Shown piece by piece: positions 1-13,212 of a DNA stretch of 64,000 nt; positions within the stretch are counted from its first letter, which is position 1; every line of letters begins with the position of its first letter. The notes beneath the pieces are model-generated. The model had not been told where the DNA came from and made no database searches. It worked only from the letters and a program-made list of their open reading frames with translations. A program made the translations under genes and the position numbers. Source of the stretch: Phoronis australis (Eukaryota > Animalia > Phoronida); the NCBI GenBank assembly GCA_002633005.1, contig NMRA01000115.1, positions 432,104 to 496,103 on the forward strand, in the 5' to 3' direction.

Positions 1-109
1 AGGCACTTCATCTACTGTCACCCGTGCCTCCGAATGTACCCCAGAGCGTGCAATTCCTGGAACCAGTAGTGATTCGCCCTGTGCTGTTTTCTCCAGCCCA
101 GAGCCTTTA

Positions 110-390
110 TTGAGTAGTGGGAATGATTACAGGCTCAGTTCGACACCCAGTGAAGAGGACAGTTCGTCGTCCAGTGAACAGATCGGTGAGCCAAACTTTG
201 ATAAGTTTATTGTGGACTTGTCTAAAGTGTTGGAGCTATTTAGAAGGTGCAAGGTGTGTGGCGAGGGAGTCACACGACACGATGTAAGCAGTTTGGGTGC
301 TCAGGTTACCTTCCAGTGGGAGTGTGTCGCGGGACACTCTGGCAAGTGGGACAGTTGTTCCTCTGTCCGTGGTATGCCGGAGGTCCACTT
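110..390 (+). pseudogene. Kolobok-like transposase fragment (Zn-binding region)
   Basis: KFIVDLSKVLELFRRCKVC...GAQVTFQWECVAGHSGKWDS...GMP has the CxxC...WxCxxGH...WxS pattern seen upstream of the catalytic domain in Kolobok-type transposases. Truncated after GMPEV. Confidence 0.55.
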
Positions 391-686
391 AACCAAGTTC
401 AGTAGTGGCTTGGCCTCGTCGAACTCTGAACAGCACAAGCATTCCATTTAGGTAGGCATAACAACGCACTCAGTGCATTTGCACCAAGATGTGTCACCAC
501 GTCTGTCCTCAGTAGCCGCCTCGTTTCTCTCTGTGCCTGTGCGTACTCTGCCTCGTTATACTCGGGCTCAAACATGTACCCACCCACTGAATGTCCGTGA
601 AAAGATTCCTCGTCACCACTGCTGTGAAGAAGGTCTTCGTCACTCACACTACTGTCACTGTGATACGGGTCACCGACTCCAGCCAT
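390..686 (-). pseudogene. KolX / P2X7 cytoplasmic ballast (nanor-like) domain remnant
   Basis: Minus strand gives MAGVGD...GYMFEPEY...RRL, then after a frameshift TSWCKCTECVVMPT*MECLCCSEFDEAKPLL, the YxFEP + WCxCxxCxxMPTxxExxCC signature. One in-frame stop. Confidence 0.7.
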
Positions 687-3039
687 TTTCAGCTTACAAT
701 ACACTACACAACCCCTAAATCCAACGTAGTTGAGTTCTCTACTAACCTATCTTGCCGCAAAATACTCGCCGATGGAAAGTGTTGGCGACAATTGTTAAAA
801 AACAGCACAAAACAAAAGTAGAATAGAACACATTCGCACGGTAAAGTCAACGCAAAACCAAGTGGCGGGAAACGCTTGCCTCCAAAACGTCACTTCTGGA
901 GTAGCGGACGAGAAATTTATAAAATTACGAAAAGCTGTAATTAAGTGGAAAATATGTCTAGGATAACCAACCAACCTTATTTTAGCTCAAAATGACATGG
1001 GAAAATGTTGCCTTCGCCTTTAATTATCTAGGGTCACCTGGAAGGAGACAATGCGGTATCAAATCGGACACGAAGAGGTACTCCTGAGCAGGCGCCCTAA
1101 AGGGCGATGGCTGGGTTAATGAGGCCTCCCACTCCAGAGCCAATAGTAAATCTTTCGAGAACAGAGAATACATCCAACGGGGTTTTCATCATCTAATATC
1201 GTTCGAAAAAGGCGGCTACCAAAGACAGAAAGCCCTCTTCCTCAACCCGATGTCCCACAAATTAGTCCATTACCCAGTCCATGTGTTGCCGCCTATACTG
1301 AGGCAGTGCACGAGTATTGTTGTGTGAGAAGCTATGTGCATGTACTGGCAGTCGAAACTTAACGGCGGCGGAAGCTGAAAGCAGAGCGCTAAGCAGAGCT
1401 AAATACCACTACAATAGTCAATTGTCTGACATTACCCTTATCGACATTTTATCAGCCAAGCAAGTATTTTCATTGACCACAAATACAAAATAATCCACAT
1501 GTGGGCACACATTGCCAATCGTTGGGCAGATGCATACATGTCAATCAACACGGGAAATTTTTATTTGCTACGTATTTTGTCTTTTGTGTAGTGCACACGT
1601 AGCGCAAAAATGCTACCTAGTTTCAGTTATTTAAACGCATTTTGCCGATGTTCATGATAAAGTTTTCAAACCTTCGCCGGCAGTCTCTAATTTCATATCA
1701 CGACCCTTCATCGACAGAGCCTAAGGAGTTACCAAGGAGTATACATGTAACAACACTCACAGTTACTAGATGTAAGAGCCTCTAATGGGTGAGTAGATAC
1801 AGTAAAAGCAATGCATTTTGTCGTTTGACCATATTTTTGTCAGTACTATGGATTGAAATGTTTTTTTTTATTAACACATTTTAATTCCTTGTCATCAAAG
1901 AAGTGTACGCACATCATGGAAGTGCAGAGTTTCTAACAGAAAAGTTAAAGTTACAACTTTAATTACGAATCTGTTGAAGAAAATACAGTGTAGGATGCAT
2001 GGATATTTTCTTAAGTGTTACGGGACCTACTTAGAACAGTTACTTTACCTCTAGAGGTTGAGATGGGGAGATGAGCGACGTTTTGAGTAAATCATCGATG
2101 TCCAGTTGAAATGGCTGCTCGTTCACACGAACGTCTTTAACAAGGTATTACATACTTTGTTATTACAAAAACACTTTTAACTTATTCAACAACATGACTT
2201 AGTCAATTCTCGAAAATAATTTCCAGAGTGCAGGGTGGAAACGAGAATACTGGCACAAGCGGGGGTTTGGGGGGGTTCGACCAGCCGACACAGCAAAACA
2301 TGTAGAAAAATTTGTCAGTTTTCAGTTCTAGATCTACCCTTGGGGATAATGACAGGACATTGATGTTGTTGTGGGGGGGGGGCAATTTTTGCACGTCCAA
2401 AAACTACGAGATAGCTTGGTATTCACAGATTTTCAATAGCAAAGGGATTGACGTTTTTAAAATAAAGGAGACACTGCATTTTCCTGGGATCTCTCTCGGA
2501 CAATGAAAATTAGAATCATCTGTAGCTCTCTTTCAGTTTTTCGTTATAATTTCTGGAAATTGCCAATCACTGGTTGTCTGGAGGACTAGAGAGGTTCCGA
2601 TGACAGCGCCAATTGCTGCTCATTTCATGTTTTGAAATTTCACATACCTTCATATTTAATTGCACCGTGCCATTCATAGCCACTTTTTCATGTTTTGAAG
2701 GACCCGGCTCACGGACGTTGCGCCAATGATGAGATCAGTAATGCCACTTTTTCTTCTTTTTTGTGAAATCGAAGGTCCTTTGATGTTACGTAAGGTCACC
2801 TCTGTATAGATTTTAAAATGCGTTTCTTTTCCGTGTTTTATGGAACATAATAGAAAGTGTTAGATTTTTGTTCCGTTCATTTATACCTTTACGTACACTT
2901 AAGGTTAAAATTATAAGTAAAAGTACCAGTTATTTTCACATTGTGTGTGAGATTTGACTTTTCTTTAACTTCTACTTTTCGTAAACGTAGACTGAAAGCC
3001 ACTGAATTATAAGACTTTCTCCGGTGTAGGTCACGCCTG

Positions 3040-3210
3040 GCTAGACGTGAGGTAGACCGGAGACAGACCGGAGAGTGAGGCGTGAGTCGACCGTGACAAC
3101 TGGCGTGAGCTTGAGCGTGACTGTGCTCGGAGCTTACCGTGAGTTAGGCGTGAACGAAACGCGAGCAGACTGTGAGCCAGGCGTGAGTCAAGCGTGAGGC
3201 ATGTGTGAGT
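3040..3210. repeat. Degenerate ~11-12 bp minisatellite (core GCGTGAG)
   Basis: Recurrent (G/C)CGTGAG at roughly 11-12 bp spacing. Confidence 0.7.
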
Positions 3211-3639
3211 TTTTTGCCTTCTCTACAGTCGGCACAGTCGTAATTGCTATTCTCACTCGTTTACCGCGACTTGAACAAAGTGCTGTATCGCATTTCAAGA
3301 AGATTTGAATCATATAATAAACAACTGTAAGAACTTTGACAACATCGGTAAGGAATTCCTTACTGTGTTAGCAATACATATAGTACTGGTCAGCTATGTA
3401 AGGCAACTATTCTATTTGACCGTTACGCAATATAGTTTACTATATAGTTCATTAAGCGTGTGGACGCACCACTTACTCAACTGGAAGCCAAAGCATCAAG
3501 ACGCAGCAAGTGAGTAATGCTATCTTTAATGCAGAAATGCATCATGAATATGTAATGAATTGTACGAAATATTGCATATTAGTGGATTAATTATTTGACA
3601 TTTATTCTTTTCATATTAGTTATTAACTGTTTACTGTGT

Positions 3640-6050
3640 GTTATTTCTCATTTATGTTCATAATAGTGAGCTTAGATCGTTTAATTGTTAAACGATCTCT
3701 GCACCTCCGGCACAATGCCGAAGAAAGCAGATTTAGTATAGTGTGGGTTTCTGACTGAATTTGAGAGCTAACTTTAAGTTTGAAGATAAGTTGTCTATAC
3801 AGCTTGTCTTTAAATATCGATTTCAGAATGCCACTTGTTATCCTTGTCTTTAGTTTATGCTTATACGTGTTGATTTTTTTGGTTTCGGAGGGTAAGTGTT
3901 TGTTCATTATTTCAGTTCAAGCTCGAGAGAAAATGTTGTAATTTGTGTTAACGTCGTTATCGTCATTGAGTATGATTTGGTCATATATTAATTTCTTTGA
4001 AGTCATGTATTTACCGTTTATTCAATGGAGTATGTGTCTTAATGTGCCTGCATACTTGAGCTTTATGGTTTGTTTTGGTGTCAATTATAATGAAGGTTAG
4101 GCAGTGGTCAGATAGAGACGATAATAGAATTCCGGCCCTGAGACCGACTATCATTAAATCAAAAAATGCATAAAGTTTCATATTGGGGTTTAAGCTTATA
4201 AAGTCGAAGTTGAAGTCCCTCCACATAATTATTTCTTTGTTATATTCAAACAGGTTGGTTAGTTCAAGGGTACGTATATTCATTGAGGAATAGATCTTCG
4301 TGTCTGAATTCATTTGTGGGTGGTCAGTAAACATTAACAATAGTCAGTGTTTTATTCTCAGGCGTTCTTATACATGCGCTATTAGTCCTTCCCATGAAGT
4401 AAAATTGTTAAGCCTAGTGACCTTCATAATTTCCAAGTATATATGATGAGATCTTCCTGACGAGAACAAGACTCGTGAGGTGGCATTGATGCAATAGAAT
4501 ACCCCGAAAGTAGGAATAAATTCGGATTACCATTTTGGCTTACCCAGGCGTGCGTTCAGTAGACGCTAGGACCTACGCTAGGACCTAGCTAAAGTCTAGT
4601 CAAGGTCACATGTTCTCTTTTAAAGTACACGGCAATATCTCACGTAATCTCGCAAAGTCTTGCTTTTTAGTGAGGTCCTAGCGTTACTGAACGGGAGGCA
4701 GGTTTCCTGAAGGCAGTTGATGTCAACACACTTGTGTGCTTCATGTCATTTCCTGAAATTCTGCAAACCTGGAAGAGATAGACTGTATATTGCCACTTAG
4801 TATGCATAACTTGTGTTTATCGTATTTACTTTAAAGTATTCAGAAACCATTGGTATCGTAGTATTGCGCTCGTTGATGAAACTGTTTTCGTCATTCAGTC
4901 TCAGTTTGTCAGTTATGTATGTCAATGATGTTGTAATTGTCGTTTCCACCATAGGCGTTTAACATCTCTTTTGAATCTAAAGACATGTCACCTAACCTGT
5001 TAATGGGTTCATTCACGGTGGACGAACTAACATCGAAAAACTACTGTAGTATGAAGTAGGAAACTTAAAAACAAACATAATTGGTTGAATCATCCAGTGA
5101 TTAGATTAAGTGTTTACATTAATAGGCACACAACAGTGCGAGCCAGTCAGTTATTGATACTGTACATCACTTATGCATTACCAAGGGAGTGGAAATGCTG
5201 ATTCGCGGAGTTCTTGTAAACAAAAGTTACTGGACTGCCACTGAGTTGCTATCAGTTAATTATTATGTAGGGATTATCAGTTCATGGGTTCTGTCGTTGA
5301 CTCTCATCTTCACTGAACCATCTGCACACTAGGCCGGTAGCCTGAATTTTTCCGTTTCATTTCAGCTGTCGACATTGAAAGAGTAGTTCGCTTTGGTTTT
5401 TCGTGAGGCATTCATTGACAAAACTGCTGCTGCCTATTTCTTTTATCTATCAGAAAATGCCTGACGCACATTATAGGTAGTAAATTTAACAACAATTTTG
5501 TCTCCAAATCGATGATTGCAGTAAAAAATTTTTGCATGGTGACGTTATATAGGTTAAGTTTGCGAACAATGTCCATTACATGTTTGTCCTTATTGTCGTT
5601 TTCCGTTTTCATGACGCCAGTAACCAGTAAACAGTTCCGACGTGTATACTGTTTTCATCATTAGGTTAGCAATTTTTTCATTTGGTTAGATTTCTCGCGA
5701 AGCTGTGACACTTCGTAGTTTAGTTGGTCACTTTCCTAGTTTTTTGGGCACTGTTCCTGGATTATGTTCACAAATTCTTCCAGAGTTTTGAAAGTACTGT
5801 ACAAATGTACGCCAGTAACTTGTCTCTGAATGCATCTGATTCCAAGGTAGTAAACAGAACTGTTTCTTGTTCTTTAGTCAACATTCTGTCTGTTAATAGG
5901 CAATATCCGTGTTCGAAAGACTAATAACGATGGTACTTCCCGTCATTTTTGCACGAGGACGAGTCTACAAGAACTATGAAACATGTGGTGTAATGCACAA
6001 GTTAATAGCAACGTTTCCTCAACATGTTTTCCTTTTGATTTATAAAGCTC
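3640..6050 (-). mobile_element. Decayed CR1/L2-group LINE (ORF1 and endonuclease remnants; no RT seen)
   Basis: Minus-strand fragments in the expected order: ORF1-like HRFGDKIVVKF and FVNECLTKN (~5380-5520), APE motifs CLQETW (~4540-4725, split by a MITE), DFN and LSDH (4011-4340), and ITSGILKSI..KDKLY (3641-3907). Many stops and frameshifts. Confidence 0.7.
4548..4698. mobile_element. PIF/Harbinger-like MITE, copy 1
   Basis: TIR core CGTTCAGTA(G)ACGCTAGGACCT / AGGTCCTAGCGTTACTGAACG, with CAG duplicated on both sides. Removing it restores the LINE QETW motif. Second copy at 29622. Confidence 0.85.
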
Positions 6051-7221
6051 TCACTTTCATTACCACACTTTACCTATGCTGTATTTAACTTGCTGGGGTT
6101 TCCACAACTGCCGTAGACTACAAGTATTACAAAAACTTGCTGTTCGAAATACACCTCATTATACATGTACTTCCTTTCTCATACTGACACGTTATTTCGG
6201 TCTCTGAATATTCTTTCCTAAAACGACATTTTCATATTTCCTGTCAAAGATTTTTCTATAAGTTTTGCAATAAGCTTTTACCCCATATTTCTCAGGTTTT
6301 CATTATGATATCAATCTTGATTCATCCAAACGTTAAAGAAATGTCCCTTCAAGATACGCCGATTTTGTGTAACACTTCCACCGCTCAACCCGTAATCACC
6401 AATATCACTCATTCAAGCCAAGAGCCTCTGCAACATTCTTCCAGAGCTTATTAATTAGTTGTCATATTATTCCATAAACATAATTGAAAAGATATTTACT
6501 CACTCCATTCACGCCTTCTCCTCAGCCACAAAAATTCACCTGTTACAAAACTATTCAGAAAAATGCTCAATATCAAACCGCAGAATCTGTGCATCTCAGC
6601 ATCGCTAAAATTTTAAAATTTTAAATGTGTGAGAGATATGTGTCTTACCTATCACCCTGATTCTTTTTTCCATGCGCTGTGTAATAAACTTCAATCATAC
6701 AACAGCATAATTTTGGCTGCCCAGCCATTTTTATTCTTTATTTTTAGTTCTTTTTTACTTCCTAAATGTGTTTTTGTTATTAGTATAATAAAATGCATAA
6801 CGTATTCATTCGTTTTTTTTCGGTTGTTGAGCCCATCATGGTAAAGTTTAGTGTTTTTCATTCTTAATCTGTACCTTATTTTAGTTTCTCCCATTATTGC
6901 ACCGGTAGTTTGAATTGTAATCCCTAGGTATGTGTCCATGTACATGTACACATTTTACATAAATACATAATCATTTTGTTGATACTCAACACAAGTTAAT
7001 GCATCGCTCATGTAGTGAGATTGACTAACTACAAGTATAGGTATAGGTGGTTTTCATCCAAGCGGCTCCCATTGCCTTGTTTTAAAGTAATCAATGACTA
7101 TGTATAGTATTAGTGAAGCTGAAGTTTAGTTGTTTACTTTCGGCTACTTCAAGTCCCAATCTTGTCACTTTAAGTTGCACTTACAAAGTTGGAACAACTT
7201 GTTTAGATGCATGACTATTTG

Positions 7222-7274
7222 TATCTATCTATCTATATATCTATCTATCTATATATCTATCTATCTATCTATCT
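7222..7274. repeat. (TATC)n microsatellite
   Basis: Directly visible. Confidence 0.95.
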
Positions 7275-8168
7275 TTACTCTCTAGTGCCTTGATGGTAAT
7301 GTTTGTATAACCTCACCTGCATATGTATACACATGCAACTGATATCTGACCCTCGGTACATGAAAGAATTTTGACTTTCAAGTGTGCCGCACCCACTGAA
7401 ATGGTAACCATTTGTCTGTCTTTGTATAAAAACAATACCAAAAACGTTGAATGAAAATAGACCAACTTCCAGAAAAATACAACTTCAAAAGTGACAACCA
7501 AGTCACCGCTAACTGGTACCCATACATGTACTTCTTTCTGTGTAGGCAGTTATATCACCTTGTAATATCGCCGCAGGCACAGCCAGCCGAGGGGTTACAT
7601 ACATGTAGTAATACGTTAGTTGGTTTCATTTCATATTGATTGATTTGATAATTGATATTCATTTGTTTTGGGGATAGTTGAATAATAAAGCTAACTGATC
7701 ATAATTTAAAAGATTTATATTTTTTGAAAAAATGCACATTCAGTTGTACCCACTATAATTCCAAATCAAATATTTGTTATCAAGTGCATTCGATGTTTTA
7801 AACGTATCAATCCTTTGATTGCTCGGCCTTTTGTCGTCCACCAGTGTGTCAATTTGTAATGCTATTATTATAGTGGGTGTTCTGTTGCCCATCTTAGTTA
7901 TTTATCATTATTAGTCGGTAGGCCACATCTCATAGCGTTCATCCTTGTGAGTACTTTGCGGAGCAACCTAGTTTTTTATATGTGGCTAGGTAATATACCT
8001 ATAAATCAAATTCCAAAAAGTTTCCACGTCTACACTTGCACATTTTTTTAAAAAATGTGTTTTTGTCGCACAAAAATATTATGCACACTCCTGCCACTTA
8101 GTGGCACTTTTCTATTGAATTGATCAATCACATAACCAGATTGTATTGTTGTGCTTAGTTACTTCAAT

Positions 8169-8610
8169 ATGGCTGCTCCCATGGAGTGTGATGTCTGTAT
8201 AATTCAAGGTTTATCAAACAGCACAAAATTGTGATGCCAGAACCTGAAGAAGCTTAGAGAAGCATCCTGACGAAAGCTGATGGACTGTGGAACTCTGTAG
8301 ATCAGTAGATCAAAAAGAAGAAGAGGTGTCACAAACGTTTGTGCAGAAAACAGTTATATAGCCTATACACAGTATACTGCTGTAGAAGACCAAGTGTCAG
8401 ACCAAAAATTGAAATGACATAGAAAGGCATAACAACGTTTCAAGACACCAGCAGTAGAACTAAAGTTGAAGCTGCTAAAAGTGATACAGTTGTTACCCAA
8501 AATTTCCCAAAAAAAATCAATTAGACTTCCCAAATCTAAAACACCCAATTAACCTGAGCAAGATAGGAACATTCTGAAACACGAGTGCATTATTTGTTAG
8601 CAGGAAAAGT
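8169..8610 (+). pseudogene. Academ-like transposase N-terminal remnant
   Basis: Frameshifted pieces MAAPMECDVCII, LKKLREAS and LKHECIIC*QEK. Confidence 0.4.
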
Positions 8611-11600
8611 ACATGTAAATGTACATCTTGGTGTTTTCCAAGTGTGTTTCAATGTTTTTTTAACTTGTTCAGCCCCTTGGCTGCCAGGCCTTAGACAATA
8701 CCGCTGACCCAGTAGAGACAGTGATCATACCATAGGTAATCCATATGCTGGATGCTTTTCGGCAAATTATGCATCACATTGGTTTAACCATAAATCATGT
8801 TCCTATAAGTTTAGAAGTACCGCGTAGAGAGGTGCCTCTGAGGAGGCCATTAATGTATTCATCTGTTCCCAGTTTAAACAAATACTCCTGCAATCCTGTT
8901 TTTCGAACTCACTTGTTCAGTTGCCATATCGACACGTTTTGCGCCAAGGGATAATCGTATGGCGTTATAGTGTGGGTGTGATTTTAAGAGTCACTATATG
9001 AGAACGTCACTTATGGGAACATGACATGTCACGAATTTTAAATTTGATATAGTACATATATCACTTTGGGGTGAATTAGCTACAAAAACATAAAAATAAG
9101 TTTCGTCATTCGTCAGTTTGTCTATATATAACGAATAACTAAATCGGGTGAAAAAATGGCCTAACCCCTTTTCCGCGACTGTTGAAAATTCCCTATGTTT
9201 CCATGGGAAATAAATCACTTTGCGGGCGTTTAAACATACAAATTTGATTGAGTTATACACAACTATCCTTTTTGTAATTGAGAATGCCAAAAATAATTCA
9301 GAATGACATATTTTGATATTTTTAAGGAACTTTTGAATGCCTTGCCTCCACAGTTACTAATTTAGACTTATATAGAGGCCTATGCAATTCAAGCGCGCAA
9401 AAACGCACATCACCCACACATAGGTTCTGTGATAGCTACAGCTCTCGTCTTTGACAAGATATCGTTATTTCCGTGGACAGCCCCTTTTTTAATTCTCGAA
9501 TTTACACTTTAGCGAAGGCACTTTCACCACTTTCACCTGTTTCATACTGCCACCAAATAAGGGCGGCAAAGCACAAAATATGAAAAATATGATCAAAATT
9601 GGAAGTAAATTGCAATAAAAAATCATATTCAAACTTATTCAAGATAACGAGATTGGTTCGAGCGTTCTTTTAGCGAAATATTGCGTTATTGACATTTAGC
9701 TAAGAAACGGAATGAGGTTCACGAAAATAGGTCACGCTCTGAAGGAAAATGGCAAAGCCAGCGAGCCGCTGTGTTACTTACAACAATGATATTGTCAAAT
9801 ACCTGAAAAGTGTCAACGCAGTAGATCACTTGGAAGAATGGGAGTTGATTGGCAATCTGGCACGAATGGGAGTGTGAGAGACAAAGGAACTGGCCAGCCT
9901 GTTAGAACAAAAGATTATAATGCCCAAAGCACAGTATGTGGCAGTATCTAGGCTGTAAGCCAAGGTGTACGTTTGCAGCCTCAGGAATGCAAAGGATGTT
10001 CACCACTCAATCCCAGGACAACGTCAACTTAATAACTCCTCATTTGAATGTGAGCTACGTAACAATTCATATTTTTTCTCAGAAATCTCACTGTGATTAG
10101 TCATACCATCTGAGAACTACTTTCAGCTGTGTATGAGGTCTGAAACAAAAGTTAAATATTTGATGGAATGGAATGTTCTTTCATAGTTTGATTTTTAAAA
10201 AGGACTTGTGTTCTAATGCTTACAACTAAGTTACCTATTTCAACTAGGAAAGTGGTTGCTTGGAAGTGGTTGCTTGGAAAGCATATGTGTACCGCTGACA
10301 GGCTCAAGGCCGAAACCAATGAGAACTAGGATTCCTCTTTAAATCATATAAATGATAGTATATTTATTCGATCTGTAAACAACAAATTACAAAACATTAG
10401 AAACTAATTAATCTAAATAACAATTACTTGTCAAACACTATTTATAATTCCGATATACCGTAATAAGATTCCTAGCTTATTATTTTGGTAAATCTAAACA
10501 CATTACTGATCTAATTTCCATGATAGCTGCATCATAATCAAACATACTTGTATTAAACTATTAAACTTTCGTTATTTCTTATTCACGCTATTTTTCATGA
10601 TAGTCAAACATATTTCCGAGCTTTCTATTTGACAATAATTCTAAATAAACCTTATTTTACTTAAAAATTACAATACCAATAATAGTTAATAACTACTTAC
10701 TTCTGTGGAGGAATCAAAGTCCTGCTACATCGGTTTTAACTTCATAAACTGCTTCACTACTTCTTAACCCGTTTACATCTCCGTTCTGAACTGCTGTAAA
10801 ATGCCTTCTCATTCAGAATTTATATGATTCTAACCCTATGACTAATCTAGTCACTTTTCATGATTTTACTTGCCCTTACCAAATTTGTCACCGAATTCTC
10901 TTGTCAATGAATAGCTGTACTATGAATATGGCCATATTTAAAGGTTATTTCTTGGAATATATCCAATTATACATAGAACTCACTACAACTGCTGCACGGA
11001 ACTATATGAGTAACACTATTACATAATAAGCCCTGTTTCCTAGAGTCATCAACCCACACACTGCACTCATCCATCAGCTGTAGTCACATGCCCGATTCTA
11101 ACATAAACATAAACACAACAATATGGGATCAGAGATGAGGTGGTTTTGGAGAATCCTGCTTCTGATTGCAAACCAGTGGAACTAGTGGTTGAGGAATGTC
11201 ATGTTGAATCCTCATTGAGACCTTTCACTAGTTTCAGCAGTCGAAAGACGAAGATATTCCTGTGTCCAAAAGATAGCTGTAACAACACTTTTGCCTCTTG
11301 AAACGAACTCAAGCAGCAAGTTAGCATGGACTGGCATGATAAACAACCAACATCACTTGAAAATAATCGCTGATAGTGGAGAGAAATTGGGTTGCCAGAG
11401 TCACTGGTATACAAGGTGAAGTTCATGATCTAACAGCAAGCTCGTTGAACTCAGTTTGACATCACAAATCCATACGTTTCACATATAACCTTTGTTGTGC
11501 ATTTTAGTCACTGACTGTTCCAAGTTGACTTAATGGTCAACATGGAAATGCGCTGTGTGATGTTCTATATTACAAACCAACAAAAAGTGAAGCTGTTGTG

Positions 11601-13056
11601 GAACATGCTACTCAACAGCCTATGCAGCCATGGCTTGGACGTTCCCACAAATTTAGGCTGGATTTTTTGATGTGGATTAATGTATCAATCAGACCACTCA
11701 AACAGCACAACTCTCTTACTTATGACCACAGCATTTGGAATTTGTAAGCTCGTTTTGTGAATTCACAAAACATGGCTACCCATCCAAAAAGCATTGCTCC
11801 CGGTGTTGCATCCAGCTTTGTTACCTTTAAACACTCTTCAAACACTCTTCCCTGAGTCATGCATATGACTCTTAGTCACGTGAGTCTTTGAATTGATTAT
11901 TGGTTGCAAAAGCTGTGTTTGATTTGTGTGAACAGGGACCAGCTTGCAATTAGGTGTGTGAGTGGTGTTCACGAGTGTTTGACAATTGTTGTTCTGGTAG
12001 CCTGCCAATGGACTAGGTAACATGTACTATCTTATTGAGTTTTACATTTGCAGGTGTAAAAATGCAGGCAGCTTGTACCCAAACAGCAGGAGAGTCATAC
12101 AGCACAATGGGGATGGGTTCTGAAGTCAGCATAAAGATCTGAAATAATGACTGAAAGCTTAAAGATGTTTTTGACTTATACGTTCAACGAAGGCATGAAA
12201 GCTGGTCAAAAAGCGATCCAATGAGGTGTTCTCAAACTAGAACCGCAGCACACAATCATAGAACTGCTGTTTGAATATCTTGAGCAGTATCCATATAGAT
12301 CGTAATCATCATTGTTACTGTATTCTTGTTGTGCACCTTATGGTGGGTCTATTGCTATGAAGTAATAATGCTAGTTAGTTTGATTCCTTGACATTTTCTG
12401 TGAAATTACTTCTCACGCCAAGTGTCCCTTTAACTGTCATTTCCACGTTATTTGCATACATTAATACACAGTACAAGCCAAACCTGCCCTGACAAAATAA
12501 TCCGGAATTCCTTGCCATGACAGCTGGGGCAAAAGTAGAATTCGTGGTCAAAGTGGTCTTCCTTTGTGACTGAAAATGAAGGGAAACAGGAAAGTTAGTA
12601 TGGTGGCTAGCATTAACAGGACTAGCCATCAAGTGGGGCAAAGATTTATAGTGTCTCATTACTTTTGCCTTGTTCTGTATGACTGTTTGCAAGCATGCGT
12701 GTGTAGGTCCATTATGCTGTTATCCTGATCTTTTTGTCTGGCATCTGCTGCTGCATCTCCAAATCCTTGGTGAATGCGAAATTTTACAAATGAGATGACA
12801 CAAGAGAGTTTTGGGATGTACTTGACTACCAATGTGCCCCTAGTGGCAACTTTACTTCTTCATGTTAGTCTCTTTATCTAGCAAGTTCCTTGACTGATTT
12901 TCATCAAATTTCGCAAATTAGTTTCAGTTATGGAGACAGACACGTTTTCCTACTTCCTGGCGTACCTATGCAATCTGTACAGAAACGTTGCCATTGAGAT
13001 GAGCACGACTGACACTGATTGTTGATTGGACGATCTCCTATGGTGCCCTTTAATGG

Positions 13057-13212
13057 CAGTGCTGTAGGGGTAACATTAAAGGTAAGTAGGCGCCCAAAGC
13101 CCACCGTATCACCTTGAGCACTGAACGTAACTTATGGTGCTTAGGCACTACGTTCAAATGCCAAAAGGTGGTTGGTTGCGCCTACCTGTGCCTAATCGCC
13201 ACTACAGCACTG
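13057..13212. mobile_element. hAT-like MITE
   Basis: TIR CAGTGCTGTAG / CTACAGCACTG; 8-bp flanks TTTAATGG / CTTAATGG (one mismatch). Confidence 0.75.

Larger units (their letters stand above)
1..1019. mobile_element. Internally deleted Kolobok-type DNA transposon (right part; runs off the window start)
   Basis: Convergent transposase-like and KolX-like remnants meet near 390. The sequence ends ...TTCGCCT at 1019 followed by TTAA (1020-1023), matching the Kolobok terminus/TSD pattern. Left end not visible. Confidence 0.6.

Noticed and set aside
399-704. P2X7 receptor or nanor host gene
   Set aside because: Frameshift, stop codon and truncation, and it lies inside a TTAA-terminated element.
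1024-1413. Possible SINE or solo LTR on the minus strand
   Set aside because: Only weak B-box-like and TG-start hints; no second copy, TSD or tail.
13077-13095. TTAA|AGG as another Kolobok left end
   Set aside because: It lies inside the hAT-like MITE and has no matching right end.
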